From Eledone cirrhosa (taxonomy: Eukaryota): 64,000 nucleotides of DNA. The stretch spans positions 202,616,001 through 202,680,000 of the forward strand of contig OZ024742.1 of the NCBI GenBank assembly GCA_964016885.1. The letters are read 5' to 3'. Positions 56,478 through 64,000 of the stretch are shown piece by piece. Both the position numbers and the translations under genes were made by a program. Below the pieces are notes generated by a model that had not been told where the DNA came from, searched no databases, and saw nothing but the letters and a program-made list of their open reading frames with translations. Each line of letters begins with the position of its first letter. Within the stretch, counting starts at the first letter, position 1.

Positions 56478-56725
56478 AGTATAGTGAACTCCTGGTGTTG
56501 GTACCAAATCAGGCACTTTATGCACAGGCAGAGTGTATATAATAGAAAAAAAATTAGGAAGTTTCGTTTACGGTAACCCAGTCTGATGAGCATATCGATA
56601 CCGGAGTCGGGTCCATAACTCCTATGGGCTACCTTGAGCCAATGCTCTGCGAAACACGCGTAACAGGTCGATAAGCAATAAATATTTTTTATATGTAAAC
56701 GAAACTTCCTCATTTTTTCTATTAT
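56478..56725. mobile_element. Mini fold-back element (arms 56537-56571 / 56695-56727), tail on the left
   Basis: Inverted ends with a hammerhead inside, (TA)n flanks. Confidence 0.75.
56578..56667 (+). ncRNA. Hammerhead ribozyme
   Basis: ccagt-CTGATGA-gca..tgc-GAAA-cacgcg-TA-acagg. Confidence 0.75.
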
Positions 56726-56728
56726 ATA

Positions 56729-56823
<95 letters not shown>

Positions 56824-57711
56824 TTAATAGGGGGCTAACCGACCAGGGATGTGCAATCCACATTTTAGTCAGTGGACTGTGATACAGATAAAATGAGGTG
56901 TTCAACTACATGTATAAATGGTACAAGCCGGAGCATTATAGAGTATTAAATACCTCGAAGGCCATATGCAATTATATTCAGGATTATGTTCATCTATAGG
57001 ATACATATTTCACTGAGGTTGACTGCTTGATTGTTTTCTTCCTACATATTCCACCGGTCCGAGCTAATCAGAGGGTATAGAAATCTTTAAATAATTTCAC
57101 ACAACTGAATTTTTTTTTTTAATTCTTCCCAACATTTCAAAAAATTCATTAAAATTTTTTTTTTATATATACGTTGTACCGTACATTATTTATGTCCACG
57201 CCTCACCTTGGACATTCCCTTTATATTGAAAGATATCACGCAGAGGCTTTGCTCGTTGAGTGCATGAATCTCCTCGGCTGAGGATATGGACATGTGGATT
57301 AACTCCATTGAACTATAGTTAAGCAAAGACCAAGGGATGGAGAACGGCTTTCACACATGGCATATTATAGCCCTGATAAACTTTATAATGACTACTTTAT
57401 ATTTGTGTTCAGGCCCTAAATAGAGGGGCCTGTTCGAAAAATATATTGCAGTCACCATTTCATGCTGCAAAAACTGGCGATCTGCCTGCGAACTGTCCTG
57501 GAGCGTGTGATGGACTCACAAATATTGCATAACCCGAAATCCCAAAGAGGGTTCGGAAGGGAGCAAACTTTGACAATTGAAACCTGAAACATCACAACTC
57601 TTACAGGTAAGGACAGGAACTTGTGGAGGAGGCTGGATGCTACCGGTTATATATAGTCGAGGTTTCCTCAACAAAGTTCCATGACTCAGCCGTAGGGGTC
57701 CTGATTCTTAT

Positions 57712-57753
<42 letters not shown>

Positions 57754-58904
57754 TATTGAAGTTTGCTTGAAGCATTGTGGAATAAGGTAAATTTCTTTAA
57801 GTCGTTTGGAAGCCTCGACAATGCAGATGGGTAAATCTCCGGGTAACAAGATCCGGTGGTGGAGAGAGAGATGTAAGTGGGTATACGTTGAGATGCGTGA
57901 CGTGTAGAAGACTGTAGCGTGTAGAAGAATGTAGGAAAGAGCGTAAAGGATAAAAATAAATATTATAACACGAGATAGAGTTACCTTGGGAGAGATTTAA
58001 TTATCCCTATATATTTCTGATTCACATGCATCAACTGGGTTTTTTTTCCGGGGGGGGGGTCTGTCGGAAAGGTGCGAAACGTGTCCTCCGCTGTTCGTTG
58101 TTTTGAATATCTGAGGTATTCAGCAGAGCGCGCGTGCGCGTGAAATAGAGTCGATCAAGCAGAGGTCGGCGGCCGAAATAGTTCTTTCAATTGTGGGAGT
58201 GGGGTGGAGCTAGTTGTCAGTCCATAGTATTCTCTGCCTGTTTGGTGAATGTTACTGTGTGTGTGTGTGTGTGCGTGTGTTGTTGTCTCGCTTGAGTGTG
58301 TGTGTGCGTGTGTTGTTGCCTTGTTCCTCTCTGTTGGCAGTGTAGTATGTTCGTATTGTGGAATGCTACTCTGTGTGTGTGTCTGCGTGTGTTGATGTCT
58401 CGCTTGAGTGTGTGTGTGTGCGTGTGTTGCTGCATCGATTGTTAACTTAAACCAACCACCTCATTTCGCTTCTCTCGGATCGGTTGTTTAATTGTGGCCC
58501 TAGGCGTTTGATCCAAAGTGCTTCCTTGATACGTAATGTATATATATATAGTATATATATGTGTGTGTGTGCGTGTGTGGAACTAACTGTTGAAGCGGCA
58601 GGAACTCAGCCGCCGGGCCCCGACTCTTTATAATATATACATATATATATATATAACGACACTAATACACATACACTCAACTTTGCGTTCCAGCTCGTTA
58701 CCATGACTGCCTAACGGTTGTATCTTTTTTCTGTTTCTGTATTGTGATCCTGTCTTTATTTTGTACCCCTGAAGAAGGACTTAAGTCCGGCACATCGAAA
58801 TTCTTTTCCTCTTTCCAATATAAAGCGTGAAACTAATAAAACTTTTTGTACCTCTATTTGTTGTCTAATTAAGGATAATTAGAGAGCCTTGTTACTCTGG
58901 AGTT

Positions 58905-59047
58905 TTTCCGCATCTCTGACACATATGTGTATAAATATACAGGCGAGATGTCTCATTGAAAATGCGTTGAACTGGAGTTTTGCCGCTTCTCTAACACATA
59001 TGTGTATAAATATACAGGCGAGATGTCTCATTGAAAATGCGTTGAAC
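58905..59047. repeat. Two-copy tandem duplication (~75 bp)
   Basis: acacatatgtgtataaatatacaggcgagatgtctcattgaaaatgcgttgaact occurs twice. Confidence 0.85.
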
Positions 59048-59278
59048 TCAGAACCCAGAGTCTCAGAAGAAATATCCAACTCAATAACGACTCTTGCAGC
59101 GGCGATATGAATATGCAACATACAAACATACATATATACATACCTGCATATGGACGAAATGTTTAGAACGCTTTTATATATATATAACAAAGGAATTGTG
59201 GTAAGGAACCAGATGGACCATAACCCACCAGAGTACTCAATACTTAGGGTAGTAGAGTGGGAAATAGGAAAAAGTATG

Positions 59279-59375
59279 ATCCCGACGGCAGAGCTCAAGC
59301 CGTTTCGACGGCTATTTCTGGACTAAATTAGAATGTTTAGCCTGGTGAATAAATAGCCGAACTTTTCAAGGGGAT
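59279..59375 (-). ncRNA. Hammerhead ribozyme with U3-A8 variant core (copies 62274-62370 and 62617-62711, plus strand)
   Basis: ccc-TTGAAAA-g..cggctattt..aaatagccg..c-GAAA-cggc..gccg-TC-ggg. Confidence 0.72.
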
Positions 59376-60339
59376 ACTTCCTTATATGGGAAGATTGTAT
59401 TTGTCAAGAGGATTGGTTAAAATTTGTTGTAAACACAAATAAGTCTATCATGGCATTTGGTGGGAGGTAGGGGTGGCTGAACTTGCCTGTAGAACAATAG
59501 GGGAGTGAGTGGAGAGGTCAAGCGTTGAAAGAGATATGTATACAGCAGATTCTAAGGATAAGGTATGAAATGGAGGGGCGAGGTTATAGAATAGGTAAAT
59601 CGAATGAGAGTAGGAGAGAATAAAAGATAATAGAAAGAAATTAAAAAATATATAAAATTAGATAGTGAGGAATGAATAAAAGAATCACAATGCTATCAGG
59701 TTAAAAGTTGAGAATAGAAAAAACTTGTAGAAATTGAGTAGTACCAGAACTGATACAAATTTAAAGGAGTTTAACACGTCTGCTATCAGTAGTTAGTAAA
59801 ACGTATTCGGTCAATTCTATCTTAAAATTACAGGGGTGGGGGAACTGATGCTACAGAGGCCTGATGGGCTGCAACGGCGTAGGCGAAGGGGAAAAGCAGA
59901 CGAGGAAGAAAATAGGGGGTGGAAGGAAGTGATAGGATGAGACAGGAGGAAGAAGAAGACAAAGAGGAAAAGAAAAGATAAGAGATACATCTACCTAAGT
60001 AAGCTGGGGTTTCCCCTAACTTAATCGAGAAGTAGGTGAGTATCAGCCCTTGTCTACCCACCCGGGTCGTTATGGGGTTTGAAAGCGAGGTAAGTCCTAC
60101 GTAATCTGTGATTGTATGCGGTTACCAGTTCCTATTTCTTGTTTAGGAGTTGGTCCTTCGAAAACAGCATTTGTAATGTTTCCTCCGAACATAAGTTACA
60201 CGGACAAACGAGATATGCGGAGGGAGATGTTTTTAACCAGGTTGTACTCTTTGAGGGTGAGGGGCCCATCATCCCGGTACAATCCACTGCCGAATGCAGG
60301 AAACATTTCGGTGAGTTTAAATAGTAGGAATAATCCAAA

Positions 60340-61619
60340 GTGGATAACGAGAGCTCCCGAATCCCCCTTCGACATCAGTATGGGCGCGACGGATTCGGCC
60401 GAGGTCACAGAACTTATAGGATTATTCCTACTATTTAAACTCACCGAAATGTTTCCTACATTCGGTGATGGATTGTACCGGGATGATGGGCTCCTCACTC
60501 TCATTGGGTACAACCCCAGTAGTACAGACCGGGTCCGTAAACAACTAATCAACTTCTTCCGTGACTGGGATTTAAAATCACCCTACAAACGTCCCTAACC
60601 CGAGTCAATTTTCTGGACGTTACCCTTAACCTCGAAAATGATCTGTACTACCCATACAGGAAACCAAACAACAACCTGCACTACATCACCGCCGCTCTAA
60701 CCATCCTAGAAACATCACCAATAACCTAGTTAAAAACATCTCCCTCCGCATATCTCGTTTGTCCGCTAATGAGCAGATATTCGACGAACACGCGCCTCAT
60801 TACAACCAGGCCCTCAAGCGGAGTGGCTTCCGGGAGTAAATATCCTATTATCCAGCTTCCCTTAGCGGATCCAGCAGGCGACGCCCCCTCTAACGCAACG
60901 TAACGTGGTTCAATCCTCCCCATAATGCCGAGGTGGCAAAACCTATCGGGAAAATCTTCTTTAGACTCCTCAAAAAACACTTCCCACTACAACACCGCTA
61001 CCACAACATAATCAACAAAAGCACCATCAAACTCTCCTACAGCACCACCCCTAACATTGCACAAAACATCGTCTCCTCAAACAACAAAAAACTCAACCAC
61101 TATGGAAGAAATAACTTAGACATCAGTGGAGAGCCGACCAGGAGGTGTAACTGCCCTGATAGATCTACGTGCCCCCTCAACAACAAATGCCGAGAACATA
61201 ACGTGATCTACCAGTGCAACGTGAGGACGGACACCGCCAACAAAGCTTATATAGGATTAACCGCGTGTGACTTCAAGCCCCGGCTCTACCAACACCGACA
61301 TACTTTCCGAAACCCGGTCCGGCGACTTGCCACTACACTTTCGGGCCACATCTGGAACCTCCAAGATAATAATATAACCTACAATCTCACTTGGAGCTTA
61401 CTGTCCAAAGCTAACTCTTACACGGGAGGACGCCGTCTGTGTAACTTATGCTCGGAGAAAACATTACAAATGCTGTTTTCGAAGGACCAACTCCTAAACA
61501 AGAAAGAGGAACTGGTAACCGCATACAAACACAGATTACGTAGGACTTACCTCGCCCTCAAACCCCATAACGACCCGGGTGGGTTGACAAGGGCTGATAC
61601 CCCCCTACTTGCCGATTAA
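60340..61619 (+). pseudogene. PLE RT C-terminal half plus GIY-YIG, frameshifted
   Basis: FDISMGATDSAEV, GLYRDDGL, NFLDV, CNCPDRSTCPLNNKC..VIYQC..YIGLT..RLYQH, CNLCSEK. Confidence 0.92.
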
Positions 61620-62793
61620 GTTAGGGGAAACCCCAGCTTTCTTAGGTAGATGTATATCTTTTCTTTTCTTTCCCTCTTTGTCTTCTTCCCCCCTGTCTCA
61701 TCCTATCACTTCCTTCGACCTCCTATTTTCTTCCTCGTCTGCTTTTCCCCTTCGTCTACGCCGATGCAGCCCATCGGGCCTCTGTAGCATCAGTTCCCCC
61801 ACCCCTGTAATTTTAAGATAGAATTGGCCGAATACGTTTTACTAACTACTTATAGCAGACGTGTTAAACTCCTTTAATTCTGTATCACTTCTGGTACTAC
61901 TCAATTTCTACAAGTTTTTTCTATTCTCAACTTTTAACCTGTTGTTGTAAGATAAGCATTGTGATTCTTTTATTCATTTCTCACTATCTAATTTTATATA
62001 TTTTTTAATTTCTTTCTATTATCTTTTATTCTCTTCTACTCTCATTCGATTTACCTATTCTATAAACTCCATCCTCCACTTCATACCTTATCCTTAGAAT
62101 CTGCTGTATACATATCACTTTCAACGCTTGACCGCTCCACTCACTCCCCTATTGATCTACAGGCAAGTTCAGTCACCCCTACCTCCTACCAAATGCCATG
62201 ATAGACTTATTTGTGTTTACAACAAATTTTAACCAATCCTCTTGACAACTACAATCTTCCCATATAATGAAGTACCCCCTTGAAAAGTTCGGCTATTTAT
62301 TCACCAGGCTAAAAATTCTAATTTAGTCCAGAAATCGCCGTCGAAATAGCTTGAGCTCTGCCGTCGGGGTCATACATTTTCCTATATATACAACCAATGA
62401 AGTGTGTTAAGGGACCAGAATTTCATACACACGTCTTAGCATTTGCTGTATAGCATTCACTTTCAACGCTTGAACGGTGCTACCCACTCCCTCATTGTTC
62501 TACAGGCAAATTCAGCCACCCCACCTCCGAATCCATCGCCATGAAAGATTAAATTGTGTTTACAAGAAATGTTGGCCAATACTCTTGACAACTACAATCT
62601 TCCCATATAAGGAATTACCCCTTGAAAAGTTCAGCTATTTATTACCACGCTATAAATTCTAATTTAGTCCAGAAATAGCTGTCGAAACAGCTTTAGCTCT
62701 GCCGTCGGTGTCTTGAACATGTTCCTATATATATTTATATTTATATGTATATGAATATATATATTTATATGTATATGTATATATATATTTATA

Positions 62794-62831
<38 letters not shown>

Positions 62832-62835
<4 letters not shown>

Positions 62836-63334
62836 AAGTAAAAGCGAAGTAGTTTCAGACCTTTAATAATAATGCTGTGATATATATTTCAATGACGACA
62901 CTGGCCACACTGTTCTGTGTGCGAGTGTCGTGACATCATCAGACAGCTTGTTACATAATAAGGTTGTTTCCGAGGCAATCCAAATTGAATCGACATGGGA
63001 ACGGATAAAGTTCGTGCTTTTGGGTTTTTCATCCGTTCCCTTGTGAACGGATGAAAAACCCAAAAGCACGAACTTCATCCGTTCCCATGTCGATTCAATT
63101 TGGATTGCCTCGGAAACAACCTTATTATGTAACAAGCTGTCTGATGATGTCACGACACTCGCACACAGAACAGTGTGGCCAGTGTCGTCATTGAAATATA
63201 TATCACAGCATTATTATTAAAGGACTTGAACATCTGAAAGTACTTCGCTTTTACTTATTCGATATTTACTCCGTCACTCCTATGTGGAAAAAGTACGTTG
63301 AGTGGTTGAATTGAATTGCATCAATGTTTACCCT

Positions 63335-63338
<4 letters not shown>
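62832..63338 (+). mobile_element. Fold-back element (arms 62832-63038 / 63045-63260) with tail
   Basis: ~205-bp near-perfect inverted repeat with a 6-nt loop, (TA)n flanks. Confidence 0.9.
63136..63209 (+). ncRNA. Hammerhead ribozyme (inverted copy 62874-62947, minus strand)
   Basis: gctgt-CTGATGA-..acgacact..agtgtcgt..-GAAA-tatata-TC-acagc. Confidence 0.8.
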
Positions 63339-63393
<55 letters not shown>

Positions 63394-63462
63394 GATATAG
63401 AGAGAGATATAGATATATATATAGATATATAGATAGATATGCCTATGTATATATATGTAAAT

Positions 63463-63497
<35 letters not shown>

Positions 63498-63516
63498 CAT
63501 ATGTATATATAAATTA

Positions 63517-63924
63517 TATTAATAAATGGAGACTACATTTATAAAACCATATTTATTCTATTATATATATTTCAATGGTACCAAAGATTCGGTACCCTCT
63601 CATCAGATAAAATACAAAATTTGTTTTATAAATAGTGACATACCCAGGAATCGGACCTTAGCGGTTCAAGTTCTGTTTGGATATCCAAACAGAACTTGAA
63701 CCGTCACTGTTTATAAAACAAATTTTGTATTTCTTCTGATGAAAACGTACCAAAGTGTTGGTACCCTTCAAATATATATAATAGAATAAATATGGTTTTA
63801 TAAATATAGTCTCCATTTATTAATATCATTTATATTATACTCCAGAAACTTGTCGAGTGCTTCGAACCTGTTTTAAATATATTTGTTGAATTACCAACAA
63901 ATTAAATATCTCTTTGCTTATATG

Positions 63925-63925
<1 letters not shown>
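63517..63925 (+). mobile_element. Fold-back element related to 33925-34395, with a hammerhead at 63554-63614 (minus strand)
   Basis: Arms ~63517-63639 / 63703-63826, central perfect palindrome 63662-63703. tattttat-CTGATGA-..ggtacc..ggtacc..-GAAA-tatata-TA-atagaata. Confidence 0.85.
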
Positions 63926-63978
<53 letters not shown>

Positions 63979-64000
63979 CCCCACATTAATTCCTCAATTT

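Larger units (their letters stand above)
59185..62730 (+). mobile_element. Truncated PLE with long inverted arm (59185-60200), scrambled junction (60200-60336), sense arm 60337-62387 and an extra partial pLTR 62455-62730
   Basis: 59262-60198 is the reverse complement of ~61441-62387. RT and GIY-YIG motifs present. Confidence 0.92.

Overview
AT-rich eukaryotic (animal) non-genic DNA saturated with (TA)n/(CA)n microsatellites. The tRNA-derived SINEs resemble those I recall from octopus, but the host is only inferred. I could not support any host gene. Most non-microsatellite sequence comes from Penelope-like retroelements (PLEs: RT plus C-terminal GIY-YIG). These include one near full-length two-ORF copy (25331-33606) with a candidate -1 frameshift site, several truncated copies, and many non-coding fold-back or terminally redundant derivatives, nearly all inserted in (TA)n. 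Three things recur across otherwise unrelated families: (i) type I hammerhead ribozyme motifs, including a compensatory U3-A8 core variant; (ii) an architecture of two oppositely oriented arms with 3' ends pointing outward, one ending at a fixed point and the other carrying an extra 40-140 nt tail; (iii) a covarying bulged stem-loop, (A/G)CUC-stem-U(U/C/A)-GAG(U/C), just 3' of the fixed endpoint in at least 12 families. Together these suggest a microsatellite-targeted, ribozyme-processed PLE/retrozyme system with a shared RT-recognition RNA element. Also present: a deleted mariner, two non-autonomous Helitrons, RTE-like and RLE-type LINE fragments, and SINEs. Coordinates were read by eye and may be off by a few bases.
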